Below are positions 11,265-23,594 of a DNA stretch of 64,000 bases, one piece after another. The stretch is taken from contig NC_045696.1 of assembly GCF_009834535.1 (NCBI RefSeq), positions 68,200,001 to 68,264,000 of the forward strand, read 5' to 3'. Below the pieces are notes generated by a model. It made no database searches, was not told the DNA's origin, and saw nothing but the letters and a program-made list of their open reading frames with translations. A program made the position numbers and the translations under genes. Origin of the DNA: Camelus ferus. Its lineage: Eukaryota. Numbering within the stretch: position 1 is the stretch's first letter; each line of letters starts with the position of its first letter.

Positions 11265-11470
11265 TGGTGACCTTGAAAAGAACCTTGAACTGGAGTTCAA
11301 AGAGTTGTTTTCAGCGTGGCGTCTTTAAAATAGATCTGAAGGAGAAGCAGCATTTCATCTCCCTGCCTCGGCATCTCCCTTGTGAAATAGGTATAATATT
11401 CTCTTTGTACCTTGCAGGATTATCGTGAGAATCAAATAAAACATTGGACAAGGATGTGTAAAAACTGAAA
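11265..11470 (+). mobile_element. MIR SINE
   Basis: gaactggagttcaaagagttg...cctcggcatctcccttgtgaaataggtataat...caggattatcgtgagaatcaaat. Confidence 0.65.
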
Positions 11471-12029
11471 GGCAAATCACACATACACTCAAACCTCTGC
11501 AGGGATAAAACACGGTGATATGAATGTTTAGTTCTCATGTAATGAAAAAATTCCAAACGTGATCTTCCTTATCCTCATGGTGATAGAAACACGTAATATG
11601 ACAAGAGAGCCGAGCAGGCTGTAGGACTTAATCTTCACGCGATAGCGTGAGGCTGTCTGAGGAACTATCTAATGAAACCTGAGTGTTATTTGGGAGCTTA
11701 TCAGGAGTGTCTCATGAGGGGAAAGGAGGGCAGAGCCCAGCTGTGTCATGGAATATTCCTTCCTTTCTTCCATTGCCCCGAGCCCTGTACTGTTGCATTT
11801 CTTGCTGTGTATTATTGACAGAGGAAATGCTGATTCATAGGTCTGAGTTACAGGAAACCTTGTTTCCTGGTGAAGAAACAAGCCTGGTGGTGCTGCCAGC
11901 ATCCTCCTCTGCCAGTTTCTGCCACATGCCCTTCTCCCAGGCCTGCACCAGACTCGCTGACAAGGGTAGAGCCAACTCACGCTTAACCAATGAAGTCACT
12001 TTCCCTCAGGACTGAATTTAGCACCCTGT

Positions 12030-12300
12030 CTCTCTAGACGCTCTGGCTCTGACCCCACCATACCTTTCTAGCTCGTCTCCCTCCACTCCCTTTTCGCACC
12101 CCGGGCTGCGGCCACACATGACTACCCCTAGTCCTCTGTGAACACTTTGTATTTTCCAGTCTCTGTGCTTTGACTCATGATGTGTCCTGCCTGGAATGGC
12201 CCCTGACCCAGTGTTGGCTCATTGAAATCCTACCCATGCTTCAATTCTGCTCAGCTGCTCCCTGCTACGTGAAGCCTGCTAGGTTTCCTTCTCTTTGCTT
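12030..12300 (+). mobile_element. LINE-2 fragment
   Basis: ctctgtgctttgactcatgatgtgtcctgcctggaatggccc...cctacccatgcttcaattctgctcag. Confidence 0.65.
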
Positions 12301-12332
12301 TTATTCTTTTTTTAAAAAGTCTATTAAAAAAG

Positions 12333-12692
12333 TTTTTTTTTTTTTTAAATTGAAGTATACTCAGTTTACAATGTTGTGTTAGTTTCTGGTGTATGACATA
12401 GTGATCTAGTTTTATATACACACGTACACATATATATATATATATATTTGCTTTCACATTCTTTTTCATTATAGGTCATTACAAAGTATTGAATATAGTT
12501 CCCTGTGCTCTACTGAGGACCTTATCATTTACTTTATATATAGTAATTAGTATCTACAAATCCCTAACTCCCAATTTATCCCTCCCTACTCCCTTTCCCC
12601 CCTGGTAACCACAAATTTGTTTTCTGTCTGTGTCTGTTTCTGTTTTGTAAATAAGTTCATTTGGAGTTATTTTCAAATATGCACGTAAGCGG
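12333..12692 (-). mobile_element. Cetartiodactyl-type L1 3' end, with internal (TA)n
   Basis: T-run, then aaattgaagtatactcagtttacaatgttgtgttagtttctggtgta...ttgaatatagttccctgtgct...cctggtaaccacaaatttgttttct. No clear TSD. Confidence 0.88.
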
Positions 12693-12859
12693 ACAGAGTT
12701 GATGAAATTCTGCGTACCCAGCTTCAAAATTATCTGATTTCTTTTAAAGAGCACTTGATCCCTCCTTCTTTGATCTCTTCTAGTAGCTCTTCTGCTCTGG
12801 GCTTAACCCATATTTGCTGAATTGAATGAGATGAAGCTGAATCAGTGGATTTCGAGTGC

Positions 12860-12950
12860 TCTCTTTCCCACCTGCCACAAAGGGGAAACCGAGGCCCAGA
12901 GAAGTGAGGTGAGTCATCCAGTGTTATAAGACAGAGTGGGAAGCTGAGAC
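12860..12950 (-). mobile_element. MIR core fragment
   Basis: ggggaaaccgaggcccagagaagtgaggtgagtcatcc. Confidence 0.6.
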
Positions 12951-13859
12951 TGGCTTCTTCAGAAGGACCTCATGGTCTCATTGGAAGACGTGGATAATAT
13001 ACTCATAACAAGTATAGGCTATTGGATCTCAAGCACCATGGGAGTTTAGGTTAAGTGATTAGTGTTGTGTTGAATGAATACGTTAATCTTCCATCCAACT
13101 GATTCATAAGATGACCTCTTAAGCTTTGCCCTGGCAGCCCCCTGGTCCTCTCCATACTATCAGCTGATGTCAACACGCTGAAAGCATTGGAGATGTCTGA
13201 CTTATACAGAGAGAGAAGTCATCTAATGATACAGAATGCTAAGGGTTAGTGAAAAGGTTCAATTGATAAATATTTTTAAATAGATTCTGTGTTATTACTC
13301 TCTGGGTTAGAGAGTAGGTAGTCTGTATCTGGAGAAACTAAGTGAGCCTAAGTTAATTTGGATTAGGAAGTAGGAAGAGGATTCAGGGAATCTTAAGTTT
13401 TGTGGTTTGAGTACTTTGCACATTCGGGAATTTGGGAGGAAGGCCTGAAGAGAAAGTGCGGAAAGATAGGGCAAGAACTAAAAAGCCAGGAGGGGATTAA
13501 CGGCAATTTTTCATCTTGATCCAGCTGGGGCTCAAACCTAGATTTTGGAAGGACGGCGAGAGGTCATCTGGGTGTGTCTAGTCTGAGGCACCCTGACTTC
13601 ACGATGTCAAGATAGGAGGCAGGATCTGGTCTTCAGCCAAGAAGCTGTTGCCAGTGGGGCAGAAAATAGAAAGTGTGTGTGGGTTTTCCTCATAAAGTGG
13701 AGCTAAAACACAATTTGAGATCCTTTCCTTGAAAAAAATGTCTTTAGGATCAGATTCTTTCTAAAGGCTGTGTCTACTCAGTGCATTAGCCCTGCCCTTC
13801 CTTGGCAGGGCAGGTGGGTGCGGGGCAGAGAGGTGTGCGGGGCTTGGACCAGGCATCCA

Positions 13860-14030
13860 CGAGGCACTCCATCTGCACTGTCTTATTGGCCCATCAAGAT
13901 GGCGGCAGTCGCACCATCACCCAGGCCCCAGGGAGGTCCTGAGGGTCACCTGAGTAATGGACAGAAAGTGACGTGTACGCTGCGAAGTCCCTCATGCAGG
14001 TCACGGCATCTGCCATTACTAGACGTGCAG
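13860..14030 (+). promoter_or_regulatory. CpG-enriched promoter/enhancer-like cassette (NF-Y, YY1, CRE/E-box motifs)
   Basis: ATTGG ~13885, AAGATGGCGGC 13896-13906, GTGACGTG 13968-13975; about 10 CpG in ~210 bp. Confidence 0.35.
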
Positions 14031-15744
14031 GAGTAGTAATCTGATGACAGGGGTGTGGCGCTGAGGCAGGAGAGGTGGCTATGGAGACAAAGAAGAGTCG
14101 TTAGAATCGTGGGCTCACAGTTCACACTTCAGTGTGGGCCTGAGACCAGATGGGGAGAATGTAGGAGAATGTCTGTCCCTTCCCTACATTTGTCTCTGTT
14201 GATGTCCCCTGGGAATCTTATCATTAAAAGTGTCAGAGTGAATCCGTGGCCTATGTTGCTGTTTTAGAGACAGCAAGTCGAGGGGAGAGTGCTTGGGAGG
14301 AAGTGGGGAAGGGAGCAATGCTTTGCACTCTGTAGGTGGTCTGGCATCGTGAAGATAGGAGAATGGATAGAATTTATGGATCCTGTAGGGAGGAAAGAGG
14401 ATTTAAGGTTTAATGGACAGAAGGATGGGGTGTACTCCCATCTGGGCTATGGGAATTCTTTCAAGTACAAGCAGGAACAAAATAATTGCTTAAAGGAGAC
14501 CCAGGATAGGCACCAAAGATAGATGGGATTCCACTATAGCAGATGATGGTTCGCCCTTAAAATCCAGGAGAACACATTTCCTCATAAAGAAAAATAGCCC
14601 CCCCCGCCACCCCACACATGTTCACACACCTGTTTCATTTGCTTAATGAGCCTTTCTTCCAGGGGATATAGTGGCAAGTGAACCCAGCACTAAGTAATCA
14701 TTACAAACTTCAAATGTGGTCCTAGGCACAGCCAATCTGACTTGAACTCCACCCAGGGGCAGGGTCCTTGCTCAGGCCTCTCATACATACAAACTGGAAC
14801 GGGATTGGAGCTCTCAGAATGCTTACACCTTAGCGAACTGGTGTGGTTTGGAGCCTTCACAGAAAAGAAGAGGTAGGGCTTCCTTTCGACACCTGTGAAA
14901 AATTCCTCTCCTTCCATATCTTCTTTGCTAAGAGACAACAGTGTTTCCAAGCCAGACACGTTCATAGAGTGCTGTGAAGAGTGTGGTTATGTAGGGCCTG
15001 GAAGATTTCATCACCGAACTCAGGTGAAGGCCTCGGCCCCTGGGGTCTGCATCACCCGGAGGGAGCCCGGCAGGAAGAAAACGCTTTGGCTATGCTGAGC
15101 TGATCTCATTAGTGGTGGGGTTAATCCTGAGGTTAATGTATATTCGTTAGACTTTTTTGTTTCCTGGTATCATGTTTCCATTCCTAGGCTGAGAGCTGTT
15201 CTGTAGACTTTGGCATGGATTTAGCTGCGTTCTCACTGAAACTCAAGGCCAGTGTGTTTATACAGGAAAATTTCTGAGGTCTTCCTGTAAAAAGGACTAC
15301 ATTTGAGTGCTCAAGTCAGATGGTCAGGCCCAGGGAAGGTAGGTAAAAATGGAGGTCCCACCAGCGTGTCTGAGCTGAGGATCTCCTGGAGAAGCAGCCC
15401 TACTATAGTGTTTGCTGATTTTAGCGGTGTAGATAGTCCCCCCATGGCTGACCTCAAGCTACTACCATGATAATCACTGACCATGGTGTTGGGAAGAGAT
15501 GTTAAGAATCAGCTTTGAGAGTTGGTAGGAGCCACCCCAGGACACCACCAGCCAACAGTCAGAAGAGACACAACAGAACTCTCTTAGAGGAGCAGGAGGA
15601 GTTGGAATCTGGAGTCCAGAGGAGGCAGTTAGGTAGGTGTGGGTGTGGACAGGCACCAGTAGCACATGAGGACAGGGAGGTGACAGGAGGCGGTCATCAC
15701 CAAGCCAGCTCTAATAGATGGTCATCCAAAGGAAAACAGCTACT

Positions 15745-15920
15745 CTTCACTGAGCAATGCTGTGTATCAAACTCTGTGTTGTCACTAATTCTCACAGCAT
15801 CTCTGCCAAGGTATTTTTACTCCTATTTTATAGATGAAGAAATTGAGGCCCAGAGAGATAAAATGGCTGGTCACATGGGAAGTGATGGAGTGAGACTTCA
15901 GATCTGGATTCTGTTTCCAC
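15745..15920 (-). mobile_element. MIR SINE
   Basis: ctaattctcacagcatc...attttatagatgaagaaattgaggcccagagag...ggtcacatgggaagtgatggag. Confidence 0.8.
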
Positions 15921-16254
15921 TATGGCGTCAGACCAGGGGAGGCTGGGAGCAAGGTCTGTTTCTAAATGTGTCAGACAAGATAGGTGGCTGCTTGTGGCTG
16001 ACGGATTCCTGGGAGGGCTGACAGTTTTGGTGGAACGAGGGTACCAGTGAATTATGAAATCGGGGATTCCGTTTCAGGGGTAAGATGAGTGATTGGATCT
16101 AGGGTACAAGGTCTGAGAGGGATGGACTCGATGCTAGGTCATAGTAAAGGCCGTTGGTCCTGGAGTGGGGCTGAAAATGACTAAGTTGGGAACTCTGAGT
16201 GTCATCTGATCAGTGTATCAATCACTAAGTCCTTTTTGTGGCCACTGGGACTTC

Positions 16255-16370
16255 TGAGGAAGGGCCCTCTGTAGGGCGACTATGACTACCTGTGTTTTAT
16301 ATCACTGTGGGCTCTACAGTACTTCAGAACTCTAATACAGTCTATGGAAGCTAATTTGAAAATGAAATTG
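16255..16370 (+). mobile_element. LINE-2 tail fragment
   Basis: gccctctgtagggcgactatgactacctgtgttttatatcact... Confidence 0.45.
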
Positions 16371-16959
16371 TGTATTTATTCATAAATTACCTGTGACCCT
16401 ACATGATTCAAAGACAGAGTTGAGGCTGTGGTACAGCTGTGCACCGTGTAAGGCACGGAGGTTGAGGGAGAAGCTGTGCGGTCCCTGTGGGCGTGTATTT
16501 CCCGATGAGCGAGTTATTGGAGAGGGTTGCAACAAAGTGTCTGGAAATTGGAGAGAAATGAAAGCTGGAGGATGCGATCCAGAAGGAGAGAAGGAAAACA
16601 TAAGACCACCCTCCAAGGCCTCCAGGGACTCCATGTGAGGCTGGCTTGAAAGGGAAGCCTGGGTGGGAATACGTCACTGAGAAATCAGATTTAACTTCAC
16701 CGGTATTTCTTATCTGTAGGTAGTTTACACTCTGAAGTTTCTTTGCTGAGTGGGAGGGTTTAGTAGTATCTCTTAACTCTCAGGATTTGTGTGTATTGAA
16801 TTGTGGTGGCCCAAGGTGGGAAATTAGGATATTATTGAAAGAAAAACCAGTAGGTGGGTTTTGGAGGTGGGTGCTGTGATGTGGATGTCCTATCTATGAG
16901 GGTCTAACCTCCCTTTTCACTCTTGGGTACTAGTAGCCAAAGGCCCTGCCATTCCAAGG

Positions 16960-17110
16960 GTGCTTTCAATTGCTCAACCACCCTAGGAGGTAGGTTCTGT
17001 TACTATCGTCATTTTAAGTCAGAGAGAGGAAAAGCACCCTGATTATCAGCGTCAGGGGGAAGATTTGAACCTCAAACAGTCTTCAGAGCCTGAAGCTATA
17101 TTCTTAGGGC
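16960..17110 (-). mobile_element. MIR fragment
   Basis: ctcaaccaccctaggaggtaggttctgttactatcgtcatttta...gatttgaacctcaaacagtc. Confidence 0.7.
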
Positions 17111-18038
17111 AAACCATATCAAATGGTCTTTCTTTGAGCTCTTTTAGACTGAATATTCATAACTCCATATCGCACTGTTTTGACCCTCTGGGACTGAGAG
17201 TGTCCTAGAGGTAAGTGGGCCTTGCTGTCCCACGGAGCAGACCCAGTGATCAGCTCAGCCGCAACGTGGGGTGTTGCCTCTTGTCACAGGTGATGCCAGC
17301 AGCGGGAAGAGAGGTTTTTCAGAAGCAAAGGCGATAACCATGTGAGGCTTTCAAGCCTGCAGACATGACTTGAATGGCTTCCTCTCAGGTAATGGACACA
17401 CGATGGAGACTCAGAAAGACTCACACGGTGAGCTATTCGAGAGAACCAGCGTGGTTCCCAGCACATAGGGTTGAATAAATGGTGAACAAAGAACTTGTGC
17501 TTGTGTAAGATTTCACACGGACATGATGTGATACTGCGGCTCTCGCCCGGTGAGTACGTACTTCTGTGCATTCACCACTCGCCAACTCGACCTCCTGGCA
17601 GGTGGCTGAGATTTTACACCGAGCAAACTTTGGCAGAGCAAATAAATGATGCTGAGGTGGGAGAGTCAGCGTTTATCTGGCTGAGCCAGGTGACTTCAGG
17701 AGCACTGCCTCCCCTTCCCACAGCTTCTGCCAAGTGGGCAGGTTTAGTCTTTCCAGCTTTCTTTCTAGATGGTTGGGAGGATCTTAACAACTTAGAGAAA
17801 GTAAGTCTTTGTGAGCTTAGAAAGAAAAAGAAAAAGAATTTTTTTCTGAAGTAGGAAACAAAAGGCTAATCTTATCAGTAAAAGAGAGAAACAGTATGGC
17901 AGCTAGCTTGGGAGTGTGGACAGGCTCACTGTCAGTGGGGCAGCGGACGTGTCAAAGGGGAGAGTGAGAAAGCACTCCTGACTCTTTGCCCAAACCTGAC
18001 CCAGGGCCTGAACGTCCACGGAGGCCACATCCCGGTGC

Positions 18039-18051
18039 CGCTGACTCAGCG
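18039..18051. promoter_or_regulatory. AP-1/MARE-type palindrome CGCTGACTCAGCG
   Basis: 13-bp pseudo-palindrome in a GC-rich non-repeat block; second AP-1-like GACTCAT at ~18073. Confidence 0.35.
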
Positions 18052-19639
18052 CCATCACCTGCTGCAGAGAGCGACTCATTCCAGTGCCCACCAGCACAAC
18101 TGCGGGCTTCCTGCCCCTGCCTGCCCCCGGGCCTCTCTCAGCCTCATTCCTCCCGGCCTCCTCCCAGTGCCCCTTTTCAGAACAACTGTGCCTAATCCCC
18201 TCTCCCCTTCCTTCCCCCTTCCCCAACACTCCCACCTGCCCCTTCTGATTCGGTGCCAGCAGCTGGTCGGTGAGCAGTGCCAACTCAAACAGATGTGTGT
18301 GGGATTGGCCGGCACGTGTCACCAGGCTCCCTGTCCAGCCCCGTCCCCAACCAGGGCTCTCTGTCAACTGCTCCAAGGCTGGGCGCCCCCTTTCAGATGC
18401 CACTGCCTTCTGACCCTCCTGGTCTTTCTCGTCCTCTTGCAATTCTCTTAGAGCTGCACCCATCGCCTCCCCTTCTTTTTCACTTGTCCTTTATTCCATT
18501 TTTTAAATTTTTAAAAGGTTCTTTCTCAGTAATCAAACTCATGAGCCTTTTAAGGATTACATGAAAAAAAAAAAAAAAGGCAAGACACCATCTTTAAAAA
18601 CAGGTTTTAAAGTTCAGATTCTCTTAAATTCATAAAAGGCATTACAGCAGGCCAGAACACAGCTAGAAGCTGAATAACAGCTGGTCTTCACCGCAGGCCG
18701 CCCCAGCCCAGGATCTTAAAGATGTCACTTCCTTCCTTCCTTTCTTAGTCAGTGGCATGCAAAATTCATGGTAATTCTCAGAAGTAGGTACCCTTGCAAG
18801 CAAACGTCTTTGATTTTTCTGTACAATTGGCTAATTCTACTCACTCCCACCCACCTACCTGTCTATGTGGGGATGACTTGAGAACAGCAGCAATTAACCC
18901 AAGAGAGTCCTGGGACAGATCAAAGCTCACTGGAGCACTGAAGTCTTGCTGAATAGAAGATTAGCAGGTCTAGCATAATGCTATGAAGCTTGCTCAGGGT
19001 TTTAAAGTGCATACAGACTTTTTTCTTAAAAACACAAGAAGTGAAACAGCATACACTCGAGCTGAGAAACAGTCCCAACAGAAATGATAAACAACAACAA
19101 CCACCAAATAGTTTAAGACGTCATACAGATTTTTCCAAAATAATGGTCTTAAAGGTTGATAATGTTTAGTGCCTACCTCAATGTCTCAAAATTCCGCAGA
19201 CAGGCATGCCTTTTGCATTTGTCAAATGAATAGAAAATACAAGATTACTGAATTAGGCCTTGCCTAGTTTTCTGTATCCTGCTTATGAGAGCTTTAGCAT
19301 TTAGGAAATATTAAATTATAATAATGTGTTTCCCATTTTGCCCTGACTTCCAGGAAGCTGAGTTGAATGTGATACTTAATTTAACAATTATATTAGCCTT
19401 TGCCATTTCTTTTTACTTTCACCTGAATTTCTAGTTCTAGCTTTTTAAACCCCAGTGTATATTATCTTTAATGTTATAAATTGTCCAAAATTCTTTGCAG
19501 AAAAAGGATGGTATATTAAGTGTAGGGAATTCCATAAAAAAAGAGATTTCTAATAATGGTGAGGATAATGATTCATGACACTTCACTTTCTGCCTTTAAT
19601 TAGTTATTTATGTACTTGTTGTAAAGTCCTCATTAGACT

Positions 19640-19990
19640 TCAGATTCCCTGAAGGAAGAACCACAGTGTCCCCGCATCTCCCTTGGGGTCAGTGTTTAGT
19701 AAGATCCTGTTGGATAAATACAGCCTGAAGATTAATTTTAGAGGAAATAGAATGGAGTTTTCTTCCCTTTTCCTTTTCTCCCCCCCCCCCCCTTTTTTTT
19801 CTTTCTTTGGAGAAGGCTCTATTGACGCAATCTTTGCACGCAGACAGCTTGGAGCTGATGTATGGGCTGCTTCTGCGGTGCTGGGTGAGAAGTTATTTTC
19901 TCCTCTTTCCCCTTTGAAGCACATCGTAAATTTTTTTTCTTTCTCAGTATTGTTCTCTCCCTCTTCCTGTATTATACTCAGTAATGTTCT
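19640..19990. promoter_or_regulatory. Candidate enhancer (RUNX, EBF, C/EBP-ATF motifs) around a pyrimidine tract
   Basis: AACCACA 19659-19665, TCCCTTGGGG 19679-19688, ATTGACGCAAT 19821-19831; no repeat recognised. Confidence 0.3.
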
Positions 19991-20119
19991 CCTACATAAA
20001 TAATAACCACTTACATTTACATAAGCACCGGCACATTTCTTCCAAAAGGGATTTGAGATGGCAGTCTTAGAAGGTTTTTAGGTTTTACAACACACTCTCA
20101 GATGCCGCCGCTGCTCTTA

Positions 20120-20350
20120 TCAGCTGATATTTATCGCACCCGTGCCATGTGCCAGGCACCAGGCCAGGGCCTTTTAGGACACTACCTCTGTTAGTCCTTA
20201 CAGTAATCCTATGGAGAAGTTACTGATAAAACCCCCACTTTCAATATGAGGAAACTGTGAGGCTCTGGAACTTGTCCAAGGTGGCACAGACAGGAGGGGG
20301 CAGGACTGGGATGTGAACCCTCACCTCCAACTACAGGACCCAGGCTCCTA
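20120..20350 (-). mobile_element. MIR SINE, near full length
   Basis: atttatcgcacccgtgccatgtgccaggcac...atgaggaaactgtgagg...acttgtccaaggtggcacag...gggatgtgaaccc. Confidence 0.85.
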
Positions 20351-20449
20351 GCCTCTGAATACATGTGATCCCTTCCGGTCATTATTTCAACCTAGTGAAA
20401 CTGACAAAGCCAGGGGTGATTCACTCTGTCCTTTAGAGGAGCGGAAAGA

Positions 20450-20650
20450 GGAACAATATTTATTGAGTGTTGATCATATCTGGGGCTTGTATTTAACTCC
20501 CGGTGTTTCATTTGGCTCCTCCAGTCATCCTACAAGGTAGACATTGATTTCTGCTTCATAAATGAGGGGATAGAGGCTCCGAGTGTTTAGTTAACTTTCA
20601 TTGGCACTCAGATGAAGAGGCAGGATTGGATCCTGGTCCCTTTGGCTCTA
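20450..20650 (-). mobile_element. MIR SINE
   Basis: atttattgagtg...catcctacaaggtagacattg...aatgagggga tagaggctc...ggattggatcctggtc. Confidence 0.7.
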
Positions 20651-21647
20651 AAGTCCATATTTTTTTTTCCCACTGTACACGTGGTGATAGCAGCCCAAGT
20701 TCACATGGTGGTTTACAAAAGGGGAAAAAAGAAAAAAAAAATCACCAAGTTTGGTCAAACTAGCGTTCTTTAAACTGCCCTTTCCAAGTTCTGGTGTCCT
20801 GCTGGGGTCAGAAAGTGCAGTGTCAGTCTGGTGACTGAGTGTCTTTCCCCATGTGACCTTGAGGGGGAGGGAACATCTTATTATGATTTGACAAGGGGAA
20901 TGCAATTGAATTTCCATCTCATTCAGAGCTGAGAGAGAATAGCTTTGGGAATGAGGCTAGTTTGAAACAAGGGCTCCTGAAGCTAATTAAAAGCGAGGCT
21001 GGAGCTGTGCTTTTCATTCCTTAAGAATGTTCGACCTCATTAAATAGGAAAAAGCAAGTGGAATTTTCTGGGTTTTTTTTTCCAGGTTCTGCAGGGGGTG
21101 GGGATTCTGAGCCTGTGAGACAGATTTCTAAGGCTTTCAGCCTGCACGGGTGTCGGCATGGTCATCACTGTTGTGATGAAGACTCACCCTTCTCAAATGC
21201 TCATCACCCTGAAGGACCGCAGCTTGGCACAGCAGACACAGAAGGACATCTGCTCCCTGCTTCCGGCTCCCGGGCCTCTGCACTCCCTCCCTTCGCAGTC
21301 ACAGTGGGTCGAGGAAGGGTCTGTGGGCTCAGTATGGTGGAGCAAGTGGCTGATCTTTGTGAAGGCCTCCCTTGGGCTCTTGCACAGACATCTGGGGCTA
21401 CCAGACACCCACAGGCATAAAGTTCCAGTCAAAATGAACAAAAAACCTTCACAGACTTTCCAAAGTGGCTTCTGGATGGAATAGAAGGCCCTGGTGCGTG
21501 GTTCTAATGTTTGGATTTAGAGCTCACAGCGGCCAGCAGCAAGTCAGGGCCGTGTGCTCCAGCCACATAGATGCCCAGGATGGCAAAGATGAAATATCAG
21601 GCTGGCAGACGCTGAGACAGAAATCTTTAGGTTTTGATTTTAAAACC

Positions 21648-21775
21648 TCCATTTATGGGGCACCTACTGGGTGCCAGACATGGTGCTATTATTATATATA
21701 ATCTTTCCCACCACCCTACAAATTAGGTGTCATTATCCTCATTTTAGAGATGAGGAAGCGGAGGTGGCAGCTACG
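21648..21775 (-). mobile_element. MIR SINE 3' half
   Basis: catttatggggcacctactgggtgccag...cattatcctcattttagagatgaggaag. Confidence 0.85.
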
Positions 21776-22861
21776 AACTTCCTCTTCATGGTTCTTGGTA
21801 ATTCCTAAGTTCCAACAGTACAATCAGAAGACCCCTAGTTTTACAAGGTGTCAGACTGGAAAGAGTATTAGAGGGCATGCCTACTGTCTGAGGATACTGG
21901 TGAAAAAGATCTAAGCCAGAAACGTCAATTAATTTGCTCAAAGATCACACAGCAGAGCTGTCTCCTCCACCCAAGCCTCTGGGCTTGCAATGTGGACCTG
22001 TCTATTCTCCTCTGTGCGACAGAAGGGGAACACAGAGATGTCATTGCCATCAGGGAAGAGGGGAACAAATGTTGAGGGAGGGAACACTGTCTCTAAGCAG
22101 TGATCACCACAGACAGAGCCATTTTCAAAGGGCTTCTTGCTTGACCTGCTCAACATTCCTTAAAAAGAAGGGAAGGGGAAACTTTGCAGTTTTGGAAGAT
22201 GAAGCAACTTGCCAATGATGAAAAGGGCCATGTCTATCAAATGTTTTAAGCCCCTCGGGAGAGAAGTGCAGGCAGAGAGTGAATTGTTTTGGTGTTTCCT
22301 TATTCCTGCCATCTTGAGATCTTGGGGTCACACCATGAAGCCTCCGCTTCAACACATGCAGTGGGTTTGCTTCTCTCACGCCTTGGTTTTCTCCAAACTA
22401 CTTGGGGGTCCCAGTGGAAAGCTCTTCTAGAAATGTCTCTGTTTCATCTCACAGCGTCTCTAGGGAGTGTATAGTCTGTGTTCACAGCATAACATAAACT
22501 CCAGTCTCTTCAAGCCACATGCAGGATTGCCTGGATGCGGGCATCTCGGACCTGGGGTCAGGCTGCAGCACCATGTGCAGGATGGTTAAGAAGCGTTAGA
22601 GTTGAAAGGGATCTTTGGAGGCTGTTTCAAACTCTTATTTTCTGAATCAAATGGTACCTGTTTGTCATTAAATAGTGGCTTTCAAAAATTCTCAGATAGT
22701 GAACTTGTTGGTATGGGGACAGTCAGGGTCATTTGCAAGGGCTCAGAATAAACAGTTTTGAAACATAACCATTCTACTTTTCATGTTGAATGTCCTTTAT
22801 GAGCCAGTTTTACTTATCTATTAAATCAGTAAAATAATGGATGAACACACTCTCCCCCCCT

Positions 22862-23060
22862 TTTATTATTGTTTTATTTTGAAATAATTATAGATTCAGA
22901 GTAAGTTTTAAAAAAAGTACAAACAGGTCCCGTGTACTCTTTATCCCCAATGGTAGCGTCTTAATAACTATAACAAAACCAGGAAATTGTCATTGGTACA
23001 ATCCACAGATCTTACTTAGATCTGGCCAATTTTTTGCACACAAATTTGTGTGAACACATG
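22862..23060 (-). mobile_element. Old L1 3' end (L1MB/L1MC-like)
   Basis: ttattttgaaataattatagattcagagtaagtt...aaaaccaggaaattgtcattggtacaatccacagatctt. Confidence 0.8.
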
Positions 23061-23224
23061 TTTTTAAATGGAATGAAATATATAATCCACACACATTCAG
23101 GGTCTCTCCAAGTTAGTCATGTTCCTTATATTACAGCCACTAGTTGGCTTGTTGGTCCCTGAATATGTCATGACGATGCCCATTTGAAATAAGACTAATA
23201 ACTTCTTCAATTTGCTACCAGTGC

Positions 23225-23465
23225 TTTACACTCTTATCACAAAGAATTGGAAGATTTGAAGCTAAACTTTCACATATACTCTCCTACTTAACCTTCAAAA
23301 GCACCCTGTGAAGTCATTGGGACAGAGATCTTTTTTCCCACTTTGCAGATGAGCAGACTGAGGCAGAGCCAGGTGAAATTACCAGTCCAAGGTCACACAG
23401 TGTGTTAGACACAGGAACAGTGGGTCTCCTGAATTCCGATCCAGAATTCTTTCCTCTCTGTACCA
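23225..23465 (-). mobile_element. MIR SINE
   Basis: gcaccctgtgaagt...ctttgcagatgagcagactgaggcagag...ccaaggtcacacag. Confidence 0.75.
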
Positions 23466-23594
23466 TATGGGATATCTGCATAACTATCCCAGATTTGCAG
23501 TATATGTTTGGTCACTAAGGTTTTCTCTCAAGATGGGAAAAACACCTGGCTACTGCTTGCCACGTCACAGTAGTGACCACATACCCCATGTGCA

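Noticed and set aside
15515-16021. 168-aa ORF
   Set aside because: Runs through a MIR; purine-rich start; no homology recognised.
17903-18564. Several overlapping ORFs on both strands (up to 186 aa)
   Set aside because: GC-rich, stop-poor sequence; overlapping in multiple frames; P/G/S-rich with no family resemblance.
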